In this document: positions 25,501 to 36,700 of the stretch, piece by piece
Position numbering within the stretch: position 1 is the first letter of the stretch
How the letters are laid out: every line of letters begins with the position of its first letter
DNA from: Sphaerodactylus townsendi
Lineage: Eukaryota
Length of the DNA stretch: 64,000 nucleotides
Reading direction: 5' to 3'
NCBI RefSeq assembly: GCF_021028975.2
Contig: NC_059433.1
Coordinates: 87,296,001-87,360,000, forward strand
Notes under the pieces: model-generated
Database searches by the model: none
Seen by the model: only the letters and a program-made list of their open reading frames with translations
Told to the model about the DNA's origin: nothing
Translations under genes and position numbers: made by a program

Positions 25501-28500
25501 CACTGCCCTACAGCAAGAAAAGAACTGCTACCAGGAAACCAGACAAGGAAGCAGCAGCCCTCCAGATGTTCATGGACTACAATTCTCATCATCCCCTCCC
25601 AACATGAGCATTTTCTATACTGGCAAGGGCTGAAGGGAATTGTAGTTCATGAACATCTGGAGGGCCATGAGTTTGACACCTGTGCCTAAGTATAGGAACT
25701 TGTTCTTTGTTTTAACAGGCCTGACATCATTCTCACAGTTTGCTCAGGCAGAGCACTACAAGCTGTCTGCATCCTAGCACATTAGGTGGGCTTATATTAT
25801 TAAAACCAGCCTAACGGTTATTTACATATGTAAATACATTTTCCCCCTGCCCTTTCCCAAGAAGCACGGGGCTCACTCTGCCTACACAGGTCTCTCCATT
25901 TCGCAGCAACCCAGTGAAGTCAGGCTCAGATAGAATGAGTGGCTCAAAGTCACCCAGTGAGTTTCATGGTAAGGGGAATTTGAACCTGGGTCTCCCTGAG
26001 TTTCGATCAAGTAGCAGTCTAACTGCTAATGGGTACACTAACTCATTTCAGTAGTCATGATTTTCAGCCATATCCAAGCAGCGAGGCAGGCAGCAGCGGC
26101 ATAATGACCATGCTGCCCCTCCCAGAGAGACTTCCCGGTGGCTTGGGGAGGCTGTAAAACATCCCTGGCACAAATCAGCAAATGGCCAGCTCCTCTCCTG
26201 ACCACACAGCTGATCCGCCCCCACTACACCAGCAGCAGAGGTGCAGGGTCACTGCTGCAGCATCCTAAGCCAAGTCCCACTGCCAGGGGAGGCTGATGGC
26301 AGCTGCACAGTAGCGGTTTCACCTCTCTGCCAGAGTAAGTGCCCCGGGTTGAATCTGCTGGCGCTAACCGCCTGCATACCCCATCCATCAGGCAATTTGC
26401 GCCCCCCCCCTCCCCCCGCTTTGGATGGGCTCTGTCAGAAAAGTAACTATGGTAATTCTAGGGGATCTCTAACAAAGAAAAACAATACAACAGATTCCAT
26501 CTTTGCTTTCTACCAACTGGGAAGGGGAATTTTCATCGATTCTCCTCCCTCTCCTCCAAAAATCTTCCCACATATTACCCCACGCTGCTCCTGGGATCCC
26601 CCAAACATGGGGAGAGAGTTGTGAGCTTCAGCAGAAGAGGGAAGGCTGAACAGCTGATTTCTGCACACTGAGGTTTGGATCCAACTTCACATATAAACAG
26701 CAGACAACATCAAATTCCGCTGATAGGCTAAATGTTTCTGTAACAATTAACTATATCCTCTTTAAATCCCTCAGCATGAAGACAAGTTTGTATTTTTAAC
26801 TTGCTACAGCTCTCAAGATTTACAGAGACATAACACATCAGCAGTCTTTCAAAACTGCATTACCACAAACATCTTAGTCTATTAGCCCCTGTAACCTCGT
26901 TTACAGTTTAACATTTAAATACATGGATCTCAAAGCAAGGATGAATATGCCTTCATGGATATTTACCTGTTAAATATTTAGGCATTCCATGGGAAACGCT
27001 TTGATGAGCAAACCCTCGTGAGGTTTCAGGACGCAATTCTATAAAGTCAATGAAATTTTTTTAGAGATGGAAGTAAAACAATGTTCTGATGTATCAGACT
27101 ACCAGTACGTGCACACCATAATACATAAGCAACCCAAATGACGTCAGATGGAAATTACTTAGAACCATTTAACTAGGCATATAAGAAGTTCAAGCCCAAC
27201 TGAATCTTACCTATAGCAATCTGGATTTTATAGGTGCATTTTATTGTAGGCTTGATGTTTTTATGGCACAGTGTGATTTTATTGTATTTTATTATACTGT
27301 GTTGGATTTTATTGTTACTGCTTTTATTACTAATGTTATATTATTATATTGTATTCTGTAAACTGATTCAATTATGACTATAGAAAGGCAGGGTATAAAC
27401 ATTTTAAATAAATAATAAAATAGCACTTCCCATTCCATATCTCTGTGATCACTTTTGCAATAGTGGAGATACCCTATAGGGTAAGGAACCTGCGGCTCTC
27501 CAGGGATCGGTTTCAGATAAAACTAGGAACAATTCCCATCAGCCTCTGTCAGCATGGCCAATTGGCCATGCTGGTAGGGGCTGATGGGAATTGTAGTTCC
27601 TGAACATCTGGAGAGCCGCAGGTTCCCTACCCCTGCCCTAGGGATTAACACCCCTATCCAAAGGGGGGGGGGGATCCGCTGATGGGAGTGGCATGTGGTT
27701 GTGCCAGTGGATTCCTCCTCCCTGAAGCACTTTCCCTGGCAGAGGAGCGATTTTGCTGGTGTGCAGCTGCTGTGGCTCTCCCTGGCACTGGGATCCTGCA
27801 CTGGATGTTGCGCCAGTGTCCCGGGGTCCCTGCCGCTGGTGTAGCAGGGACGTGCTGTGGGAGGAGCCAACAGTAGTCGGCTCCCTCCCAGCCTTAGCCG
27901 GCAGCCTGGGCCGTGGATTTATGCCGCCAAAAAGGCAGCATAGGTCTATTCAGCCTATTGGGGGCTTCTTGGTGTTTGGGAAGCTTTTTTAAGAACATAA
28001 GAACATAAGAACAAGCCAGCTGGATCAGACCAAAGTCCATCTAGTCCAGCTCTCTGCTACTCGCAGTGGCCCACCAGGTGCCTTTGGGAGCTCACATGTA
28101 GGATGCTGTTCAAGGTTTCCCGGGCCACTGGGAAGCCTCCATGGGAATGGCAGGGTTGTGCCACAGAGTTTGGATGGCCCATGTGGTGTTATTGCTTAAA
28201 AAAATTAAAACATGAAAAGGTCTGTGGGATTCTCTTCAGAAGCAGAAAAACGGCCCCAATAACATGTCCTGAAAATACCTCATTCTGTCCCTCTCCACAT
28301 TTTAAAAACATCTAGCCTTTTGTCAAACACTGTATGAAAGCTTACAGACTGAGTGAGTCATTTTGGTTACTCTTAATATACTATACAGATTTAGTGCTCA
28401 GACTTTTCTATTAAGTGCCTAATATTTTATTGGCGCCAAAGCTTTTACAATTTTATGTTAAGAATTGGGTTTTAATTGCCACAGGGCTGAATTTTATTGT

Positions 28501-28759
28501 ATTATATTGTTTGTATGTGAGCTGCTGTGAACCCAGCTTTCAACTGGGGTAGGGCAGGATATAAGGCCAAAATAAAGTAATCTAATATTACGGCTAATAA
28601 ATTATAATGACTACCTTGTTTCCTGCGCTGGTGAGTTCCTTCGCCTCCATTCTGACGCCATATCTCGCGGGGAGTAGGCCCACCATCAGAGGGAAAAGTC
28701 ACACTGGTTGGCTGATTTTTCATTTTCCTGGCCTTCTTCTTTTCTTTTGCATTTGACAT
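9927..28759 (-). CDS. POP1: POP1, RNase P/MRP protein subunit (whole spliced CDS, 15 coding exons, 2934 nt, 977 aa)
   Basis: Motifs [44 protein letters not shown] and C-terminal [12 protein letters not shown] match vertebrate POP1; all 15 exons have AG/GT boundaries with consistent phases. Confidence 0.97.
11922..12181. mobile_element. Tc1/mariner (Tigger-like) MITE
   Basis: TA-CAGTGGAACCTCGGTT ... AACTGAGGTTCCACTG termini. Confidence 0.8.
12555..12890 (-). CDS. POP1: POP1 exon 15 (HPPAKRPNY...FCVLR)
   Basis: 336 nt, AG/GT. Confidence 0.93.
13255..13409 (-). CDS. POP1: POP1 exon 14 ([10 protein letters not shown]...DYPDCPAG)
   Basis: 155 nt, AG/GT. Confidence 0.94.
13585..13785 (-). mobile_element. 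Same SINE family, partial
   Basis: Reverse-complement match to 1194-1490. Confidence 0.75.
14907..15098 (-). CDS. POP1: POP1 exon 13 ([10 protein letters not shown]...GWGSGWD)
   Basis: 192 nt, AG/GT, POPLD region. Confidence 0.95.
15569..15684 (-). CDS. POP1: POP1 exon 12 (EKIRQL...[10 protein letters not shown])
   Basis: 116 nt, AG/GT. Confidence 0.92.
16651..16719 (-). ncRNA. tRNA-like cloverleaf in POP1 intron 11 (not a canonical tRNA)
   Basis: GGUCUUG/CGAGGCC acceptor stem, discriminator A, perfect T arm CCAGG-UUCGAAU-CCUGG, shortened D arm GCU-CAGUGGA-AGC, UCUGU/ACAGA stem with 8-nt loop; no oligo-T terminator and no recognisable SINE body. Confidence 0.8.
16921..17037 (-). CDS. POP1: POP1 exon 11 ([16 protein letters not shown])
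   Basis: 117 nt, AG/GT. Confidence 0.93.
17833..17944 (-). CDS. POP1: POP1 exon 10 (SWWAENC...[11 protein letters not shown])
   Basis: 112 nt, AG/GT. Confidence 0.92.
18108..18293 (+). mobile_element. Non-autonomous SPIN (URR1-like) hAT element
   Basis: AGTGGTTCTCAACCT...TTTAATACAGTTCCTCATGTTG...GACCCATAGGTTGAGAACCACTG; TSD AACTAGGG/GACTAGGG. Confidence 0.85.
19320..19413 (-). CDS. POP1: POP1 exon 9 ([16 protein letters not shown])
   Basis: 94 nt, AG/GT. Confidence 0.93.
19534..19778 (-). CDS. POP1: POP1 exon 8 (GKKRKRKD...[11 protein letters not shown])
   Basis: 245 nt, AG/GT, basic NLS-like stretch. Confidence 0.93.
19830..20052 (+). mobile_element. RTE/BovB-type LINE 3' fragment
   Basis: Degenerate GKRKRGRP-type end and ...TGACAGCACTTAGCACAACACAC tail. 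Confidence 0.55.
20136..20557. mobile_element. hAT-type non-autonomous element with about 100-bp internal inverted arms
   Basis: CAGAGGCGTAGCT / AGCTTCGCGACTG termini; TSD CTATTAGA/CTACTAGA. Confidence 0.8.
21088..21275 (-). CDS. POP1: POP1 exon 7 (...LGPVTFLWK...QLWIWTHP)
   Basis: 188 nt, AG/GT. Confidence 0.93.
21398..21485 (-). CDS. POP1: POP1 exon 6 ([10 protein letters not shown]...)
   Basis: 88 nt, AG/GT, conserved peptide. Confidence 0.93.
21586..21813 (+). mobile_element. CR1 LINE 3' end
   Basis: End of ORF2 plus GGTTGGACT..GATG..CC...TTCCAACTCTATGATTCT terminus. Confidence 0.85.
22505..22940 (+). mobile_element. L2/CR1-group LINE 3' fragment
   Basis: [15 protein letters not shown]...FRRACK.ELF peptide and (AAAT)n tail. 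Confidence 0.75.
23102..23350 (-). CDS. POP1: POP1 exon 5 ([14 protein letters not shown])
   Basis: 249 nt, AG/GT, signature motif. Confidence 0.96.
23845..24093 (+). mobile_element. Related SINE copy
   Basis: Same head, core and tail motifs. Confidence 0.75.
24315..24576. mobile_element. GC-rich hAT-type non-autonomous element, 27 nt into POP1 intron 4
   Basis: CAGAGG...CCTCTG termini; perfect 8-bp TSD CCCATAAC. Confidence 0.8.
24604..24779 (-). CDS. POP1: POP1 exon 4 ([10 protein letters not shown]...[13 protein letters not shown])
   Basis: 176 nt, AG/GT, conserved N-terminal motif. Confidence 0.95.
25360..25505. mobile_element. Palindromic hAT MITE
   Basis: TSD CCCTACAG; a second decayed copy follows at about 25556-25684. 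Confidence 0.88.
26967..27038 (-). CDS. POP1: POP1 exon 3 (ELRPETSRG...MPKYLT)
   Basis: tatag acceptor, gtaaat donor, 72 nt, phase 1-1; PKYLT resembles mammalian PKYIT. Confidence 0.82.
27477..27635. mobile_element. Palindromic hAT MITE (rearranged left arm)
   Basis: GGAACCTGCGGCTCTCCAG / CTGGAGAGCCGCAGGTTCC arms. Confidence 0.8.
27990..28105 (-). mobile_element. CR1-type 3' end
   Basis: (AAGAACAT)n tail and GGATCAGACCAAAG.CCATCTAGTCCAG on the plus strand. Confidence 0.65.
28615..28759 (-). CDS. POP1: POP1 coding exon (exon 2, start codon; [17 protein letters not shown]...)
   Basis: ATG at 28759, acceptor 2 nt upstream, GT donor at 28614; 145 nt. Confidence 0.92.
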
Positions 28760-29200
28760 TTCTGCAATAAGATAACAAGGCTGTTACATAAAGGGGGATC
28801 TCAGTCCAGAAGAAAAGCTCTGAAAGCAGTTAATAAGATGTAGACACACACAAAACACACACACACAACAATTTACCATCATACAATAGGTGCACAGTCA
28901 TTGTACAAATTGATGACACCTTTTAATTAATACAGAACTCAACATCTTTCTTTTGCATTTTTGCAGTGTCATCTCGAGCACTCTCACATTGCAGAGACTG
29001 AGTCAGCATCTACTCCTTACCTTGGCTGCAGTTCATTCCCTCCTGCAGCTGCAGTATCAGGAGATACTGTTCAAAGCTGCTGCTGGCTTTTAGGACCTCT
29101 AAAGGAAGCAGCGGCAAGAACAGTCAGGAGGTTTGAATTAACCCATGAGTACCCACAGCAAGAGAGGCCAGCCAAGGATGTTAGGGCATCCTTCCCACTG

Positions 29201-29322
29201 TAGCAGATTTCTGTAGTGTCCCTGAGGAACACTCATCAATACCCCTGATTATATAACAGAGTAACTGATCAGACACAGGGGTATTGATGAGTGTTCCTCA
29301 GGGACACTGCAGAAATCTGCTA
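29201..29322. repeat. 47-bp inverted repeat with 28-nt spacer
   Basis: 29201-29247 vs 29276-29322, one mismatch. Confidence 0.95.
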
Positions 29323-30289
29323 TATAACAGTGTTCTGGCATAAAGGGCAAAAAAACAAAGTTTTGGATTTCCCCAAATCATTTAGCAGTAGCCCCTGTCA
29401 CTCTTGCTGAAAATCCATACCCTGAAATTTTTCTTCCATTAAACTTTGTACAATAATAAAAGAAGCATATCTCCTTTAACATCTGGTGTAGAACACGTGG
29501 TAACATTTGTTCCAAATAATTTCTCTGCATGCTTCAAACAGCAATAAACACCTTCTAATTACAGACCTAAAAGTAGTATTGTTAGCAACACAGAATCAGA
29601 ATCTTTATTACGGTCATAAGACAATACAGTAGCAACACAGGTTTTGTTTTTTCATCTAAGCTAAATCATCATCAAAGCAACATTAAAGCTTACCCACTAA
29701 CCACTCACGAGCACGTGGGACACTCCGTATGCAAGTGTAATGGAGGGGAATGCTACGCAGCTGCAGTTACTCTTATGTCAATAAAGCCCATCTTTCTCCC
29801 ACCTCGGAGCTCTGGCCCTTTTGCGGAGGAGGGCGCTGACAAAGACGGAGAGTGCTCAGCTTCAGGAAAACTATAGTGTCACTAACCAGTGAAGATGTTT
29901 CGGAGTTGGTGGATGGAAGACAGTGGCTTAAAGATCTCGTGATAGTCTCTCTGATAATATTAGAACGTCACATTGAGATCCATTGTGTAATTATTATGTT
30001 AATACAGCTTGCGTACGATCTCTTTTCTCTTCTGCTCCTATCTTTTCTGAAGTATCTTTTTCTATATCTGTCAAATATACTATGCAAATTAATTGGAAAA
30101 AATGTTGTAAGGAAAATTGCAGCGACACGCACCCCTTCGCCCACCGCAACACACCAATTACCAACAGTCTACGACGTTTCAATGGGACGAGGGGGCGGCA
30201 AACAGTGTTTAGTGAATGAAAAGCCTCGAAAAGACCTTTCTCATACTCCCTCCCTCCCACCACCCCAGTCTCCCACTAGCTTAAGATAC

Positions 30290-30730
30290 GTTTTTGTCTC
30301 TGCCCTCGAGCCTACCCGCAGCAGCTTGGCCGCCCCGTCACTTCCGCCAACAAACCTCGGTTGGCCACCAGCTCCGCTCCTTCCCTAAGCAAAAGTCTTC
30401 CCAACCAACCACGTTGGGTATACTTCCGCCAAGAGCCGCCGCACATGCGCACTCCCAACACCTGCAAGGGCTCCGCTCTTCCTCCCTGAGAACTACATAT
30501 CCCATAACCCTCCGCGAGAAGGGGCGGTTACGAGGAGGAGCAAAAAGTGGAGGCGGATTTTTTGTTTGAATGGCTCTGGGACGGACCGGGGCGTGATCAG
30601 GAGGGGCGGGGCCGGAGTTATGCCGGGGTTGCTGCTGCGAGTCTTTCTGCGCACGGGGTGCAAAGTTCAGAAAAACACAAAAGCGGCTCAGGCTTCGTTG
30701 GACCCCCGAAGAAAAGCTGCTGCAGCTGGC
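30290..30730. promoter_or_regulatory. Bidirectional CpG-island promoter of POP1/RIDA, including probable POP1 non-coding exon 1 (donor at about 30315)
   Basis: CpG-rich; ETS cores (ACTTCCG at about 30340 and 30422), NRF1-like GCACATGCGC, ZNF143/THAP11-type ACTACATATCCCATAACCC (30492-30510), CGCG-like CCGCGAGA, GC boxes; head-to-head genes. Confidence 0.85.
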
Positions 30731-30795
30731 ATGGCCACGCTAGTCAAGAAGATCATCCATACCTCCAAAGCTCCGGCGGCTTTGGGCCCCTATAG
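30731..30795 (+). CDS. RIDA: RIDA exon 1 (coding part)
   Basis: MATLVKKIIHTSKAPAALGPY; GT donor at 30796. Confidence 0.95.
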
Positions 30796-33700
30796 GTATT
30801 GTTACTTACTTCAGTTGGAGCTCACTTTTTTCGCTTATGAGGGCTCCAAGGGCTTATAAACCCATATGTTCTATCCTCACAACAACCCTGTAGGGTAGGT
30901 TGGTGTGACTGTCGCAAGGTCGTCCAGCAGACTTTCATGGCAGAGAGAGGATTCGAATCGAGCCCTTAAGGAACCTAGTCACTTTGACCACTACGCCTTA
31001 TCAGGGTTGCCAGACTGAGGGAAGGAGGAAAGAGTGTGGAGAGAGGATACAGGACCAAGTGACTTCCCCACCTCGACAAGTCCATCGGGGTACCCTACGA
31101 CGCAAGTGGGCTTGGCCCAGTGGCCAGCACCACACAGCTGGGCCACAATTTTTCTGGAGGGGGGAGCTTAAGACAGAGGGGAAGATCCCCAACACAGCAG
31201 GCACCTTAGAAAAAACAGGTGGCTGAGGTGATGCAGTGTGGTTTTGCCTAGGGTTAGGCTAGTCCAACAACATCCATTCATGGGCCAGAGATCTAGCCAC
31301 AGTGACCCATGCCCTAGTTAAGTGATGGTGAACCTTTTTGAGACTGAGTGCCAGGGGTGGAGCAAGGGGAAACTGCACCTGGGGCCCCTGCCATGCCCCC
31401 ACCCTGCCTTGGAATGCCCTTGGAATGTCCAGAAACACCCCTGCCCCGCTCCCGGAACACCCTCGCCACACCCCCGCAGGGGCGCACGCCCAGTACATCA
31501 CGCACCCCTCATCCCCTTGGTGCTATGCCACTGCCGAGTGCCCAAACTGGGGCGACAGCTTGCATGCCACAAAGAGGGCTCCGAGTGCCACCTCTGGCAC
31601 CCGTGCCATAGGTTCGCCACCACTGCCCTAGTTGCATCTAGACTGGACTACTGCAACACACTCTACTTGGGGCTAATTGTGAAGAGTGTTCAAGGACTGC
31701 ACAGAGAGAGCACAATATCTCAGTTTAAAATGACTATTCCTTGTGCTCCTGAAAAGTGAATTCAATCCTACATGATCATCAGCTGAAGAGATAATTATTG
31801 GATGGCAATTTGTTTTAATTGCTCTAATTTTCAATATTGTGCTGTAGAGAGCAGCATGGTTGCCCTAGGCAGGCCTTATGTCACTGAGGTTTGCTTGAAA
31901 GTCTACACAATTTTAACTAAATGAATTGTCGTCTGATGCTCAGAATTAATTGGTAGCACAAAAATCTGTCAAGCTGGCTTATGCTGGAATACAGGAGACT
32001 CTACAGAAATACCACAAGAAAATGTGTAACTTAATTTTCCAGAGTAACCATTTCAATTAGACTGCTGGATTGTCTAGCTTGAACTTGTTTGTTTTTTATG
32101 AGATTGACACAACATAAGAATTGCCATGATAGATCAAAGGTCTACCTAGCACTCTGACACCTATAGCCTTTAATTCCATAACCATCACATTTTATCACAT
32201 AAAATCCATGTTGTATTGGATCCCCAGATGTCCTCAGTTTCAGAATTTCCACTGCTCTGGCTGCCAAAGCTATCAGTCTTGGTGATAATGTGGTTGTAGG
32301 AATGTTGATACTGTCGGTATTGCTAGAAGGGCAGTAAGTAGATCAGCAGTGTACTAAATAAAATGTTTGCGGTGTACTCCCAAGCAGAGTTGCCTCTAAG
32401 TCCACTGACTTCAACAGAATTAGAAGGGTGTAGTTTTGACCTTGGAAGACCCATGCAGGCACCTGTCTAGAGGTAGTGTTGGTTTGTACCAAGGGAAGGC
32501 AAATATTGCAAAGGTTGCATAGAATTCTTTGACCTATCATTATTGGATATTAAAAGATGAGGAAGTTTAGCTTAGTCCTATTAATGATTACTACATGCCA
32601 GGCAACTTAAATGCCAGGCAACTGCTATGCAACTAATTGATGTTGCAACTTTAGTGTTATATACATATGCTAAAATGGGTGGATTCCAGTTAACACATGC
32701 AAATTACACTTGCAAAATTGCACCCTTAACACTTTTAACCAATGCAAATGGTTCTTTCTACCACCCTGAACATTCCACAGGTATATATACTCCACTTGCT
32801 TTACTACCATCAGATCCTCTGAAGATGCCAGTCACAGATGCAGGCGAAACATCAGTAGAGAATGCTGCTGGAACACAGTCAAACAACCAGGAAACCCCTA
32901 ACCCTAATGATTACTACAGCCTGCTGTTTTTAAAATTAGCAATTAAATATATTACAGTATGTTTCTTAAGTGGTTTGGAGAAAGTGCTGAAATTGGTAAT
33001 CTTAACCTGATTAACTGTATCTTGTAATCTGTCTTGACACTGCAAGTTTGAAGCCTTTTGGTTAGGGACAAATTACACATTACATATTATTATCTTTCCC
33101 TGCCTTAAAAAAGATCACTGCCTTTAATAGAGTGCTAATGGGGAGGGGCTGCTTAACCCCTCCCCTACATTTTCCCTTTATTAGTATTAGTAAATCACTG
33201 TATTTCTCAAAGGCTAGAAATGTTGCATACTCATGGATTGGGGGTTGACATTTTTTATGAAATCCAACCATTTCAAAAGGAAAGTGCTAGAAGTGAGATA
33301 AGCACTGCCCAACCGTGAATCTCTGCCTCTCTCTTTTGATACTTTACTATTGCACATTAGTCAAGCAGTGCTGGTAGACCGGACCGTGTATATTGCGGGA
33401 CAGATTGGCATGGATCCTTCAAATGGGCAACTTGTACCTGGAGGAGTAAAGGAACAAGCTAAACAGGTAAAACATTATTTCAGTGATTCCAGTGATCAGT
33501 CTGGGGCCATAATCCATGCTGCACACTCAAAAGCCATATTTGTGACCCAAAATTTGTGACCTTTTAGGATGTGGAATTAGCAGGGCAGACTTTGGTTTGT
33601 GAGAGGGGGTAACCAAGAAATCTGCAGGGGTCCAAAAATAAAGTTTAAGTTTTTTATTGGAAAATAAAATAATGAGCGTATACACTCTCAGTTGGTAAAA

Positions 33701-36700
33701 CACAAGCACACAGAGGCCTAGGATTTAGCAAGAGAGGAGGGGATAGGTCTAAAATAGAGCAAGTTGTTGCCTGAAGGATGATAGCTACCTTTCTTGTAGA
33801 GGAGTAGGCCCAGAAGTAGAGTCCAACACCTGCATCGGATTCCAAAGAGACAGGGTGAAAAGCAGCTGGCTCACAGTGGAACTGAATCAAAAGGCGGACT
33901 GGACACATTACACATAATGTAACTAGACTAGAGTTTAGTCCAGAAACACTGAGCAAGACTGCAGGGTGATCAGCCTAGTTATAGGAAAATTTAGCCCTCT
34001 AGTGATGTTAAGAGCTTAATCTTCCTAAACAAATAATTTTGTTCTCCGGGAAAGGACAATGAGGTGGATATTGGCTTAATGTCTCAAAACCAGGGAGTGT
34101 CCAACGGATGATTAGATTTAGGGTGAAACTGCTGAAATCACAATTCCAGGGTTATTCCAGTTCCAAGTGATGCAGTGGCTCCCAAGAATAAGGCAAGAAA
34201 AAGGACTGGTAGGATTAGAAAGGCAAGAAACTTTGATTGTACCAGTCTAGTTGGCATGTAACAGATCTTTTGTGAAAAGGAAGGCAGGTGTTGCTGAGTC
34301 CAAGGACAGTGGCCGTTTCTAAAGGCTTGGCCATTGTTCTCCAGTGAGCATTAAGAAAGGTGTAGCTGGTTGATGTGCATTCCAGTGGGGGGCTGAGTGA
34401 CCTGTCCAGACAGATCCTTCTCCTGTAGGCAACACAGTGCAAGGTTGGAGATGGCATCCATTTTAGTCTGTATTGCCAGGGCATGGGAGACTGGCAGAGC
34501 TCTGCTTCCTAAAAACAGGCGCCCCTGTCCCAGCACAGGTCTGCCTGGTAACATATTCACAAGGCTCTGTTCTAGTGGATCACATTGAGTTCCTGCTGGA
34601 ACACAGGTAGATGCAACAACTTGTTTCCCGGGGGGTGGGGTGGGGTTGCCATTTTTTTAATGAAATCAAACCATAAAAAATGTCAGCCGCATAGTTGCCA
34701 GGGGAATACTGTGGACATGAGTGCATACTCCAGAGCTATTCTACGTGGCCTCTTTTGGGACAAGTTCTGCCTCCTCGATTGTGTGCTACAGAACTGAGCA
34801 AGAGCACAGCAAGTTTGCCACATTATTATCTTTCCCTGCCTTAAAAGCCGAAGGAGTCAGAAGAGCTGCTGAACAATTTCCCTCCGTTGTCATTCGCACA
34901 TTTTGTTCCCACAGGAAGGGGATTTGAAATTAAAGAGCAATTGAGTTGTTCGTGTCTAGCGTGCCCAATAGACTTTAATGAATCTTCAGGATAACTTTTA
35001 TTTGCTATATTATTCAATTCATCTTTATATGTGTGTTTTGTCAGCAAGCTACCATTTGCCAGTAGGGAGAAATACAAATAACTTGTTTCTCCCCATTAGG
35101 CACTTAAGAATATGGGGGAAATTCTGAAAGCGGCTGATTGTGACTTTGGCAATGGTGAGTTAACTTATATCAAAGTGAGTCACTTTGAGGCAATCTAATT
35201 TTTCATATTTGGACAGGAAGTTTCTGTCTTGGCTGCCTGTCGTCTGTATATGATTCCAAGTCTTCCAGGGCCAATATTCCTTTTTTGCATGTGCACACAA
35301 GTGGGCATCCTTAACATGCAATTCTTCTGTTTGACTAAACCATCTTCCCTGTTCTGTGGGTGTTAGATTTTTGAAGATCTGCAGTACTTTCTCATCTTCT
35401 TTTTGGATAGATACCTTCATGCAGATTCAGGTGTAACCCTAAGCAGAATTACCCATTCTAAAAAGACTGGTATCAGTGGGTTTTGAAGAATGTGACTCAG
35501 TTTAGGATGACCGTGTGAATGTATACATTCTGGCATTGAGATTAGCTATTAATTAAAGTTTTGTGTGCCGTTCAGGCAAACAAAGTGCCCTACGTACACA
35601 GAACTATCAGGCAGTTGGCGGGGTGTGTGTGTGTGTGTGTATGAAACAGGCAGACATAGCTAGTCAGCTTACCACATTGCTTCAAAACTTGCAGCCTTTT
35701 ACACGAAGAAAAACGTCTTAAATCATTGTGCATCTTGGTGTGTCTGACACTGCTGAAAGATTGTCATGGTGCTCATCACTTGGAATGCCCTTTCTAACAG
35801 TGTTTTCTGACTTGTAGTGGTAAAGACAACTGTTCTGATGGCTGACATGAAGGACTTTGATGATGTCAATGAAGTATACAAGCAGTGTAAGTATCACTTG
35901 TACTGTCAAGTGCCTACCAACTGTTAGCTTGGAGTGAAGTCCTGTATAAAATATACTGGGAAGAAACACAGGTGGTTGTTAATGATGTTTGATTGAATAT
36001 ATACAATGACACACACAGATTTTCACACACAACTCAGGGACTTGATGTTAACATGCAGAAATCCAAATCCAAAAGTGTTCAGTCTTTTCCTCCTCAGAGA
36101 GATATCTCCTCCCTCTATTAGACAGCTTGATGCTTCACCAATCAGAGTGCTGTCCAGTTTCTAGGAGGTTTTTTCCCCTTACACTCTGTGACTGCCCTCT
36201 ATTTTTGGCTGCATTTTCAAACCTTGTTTATCCATGCAGTTCCGTCACACACACATACACAAAAGTATATGATTTGGACAAATTCTCACTTGTACTTTGT
36301 AGAATTACCTGAATATTTAGATATCTGGATAAATTTCAAGTTGAAAACAATGAACAATTTTAATAATGTATAATTCAACAGGTTATAGCATATTGGTGCC
36401 AGAATTATTCTCATTTACATAAATGATTTTTAAAAATATGTGCATATATCTGCAGTATGCAGAGAAATTATTTAGTGCTATAGATTCGTTTTAAACAAAA
36501 TTTGCAAATTACACATTTTAGCTGCACTTTTCTGGGAGCAATCTCTGTTGAATAAAATGGAACTTAATTCCAAGAAGACTTGATTGTGATTGCTCCCTTT
36601 AGGGGCGTATCTACTACAGATGGTGCCTAGGACAAACACTGCCCAGTGTTGTTGAACGTGCTGCCCGCCCCGCACTCAATACAGAGTTTTTGGGGGGGGG

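Noticed and set aside
29852-30388. 178-aa ORF with a hydrophobic stretch
   Set aside because: Antisense to POP1 intron 1, non-ATG start, no recognisable homology.
33555-34584. Possible solo LTR in RIDA intron 2 (TGTGA...TCACA)
   Set aside because: No convincing target-site duplication; boundaries uncertain.
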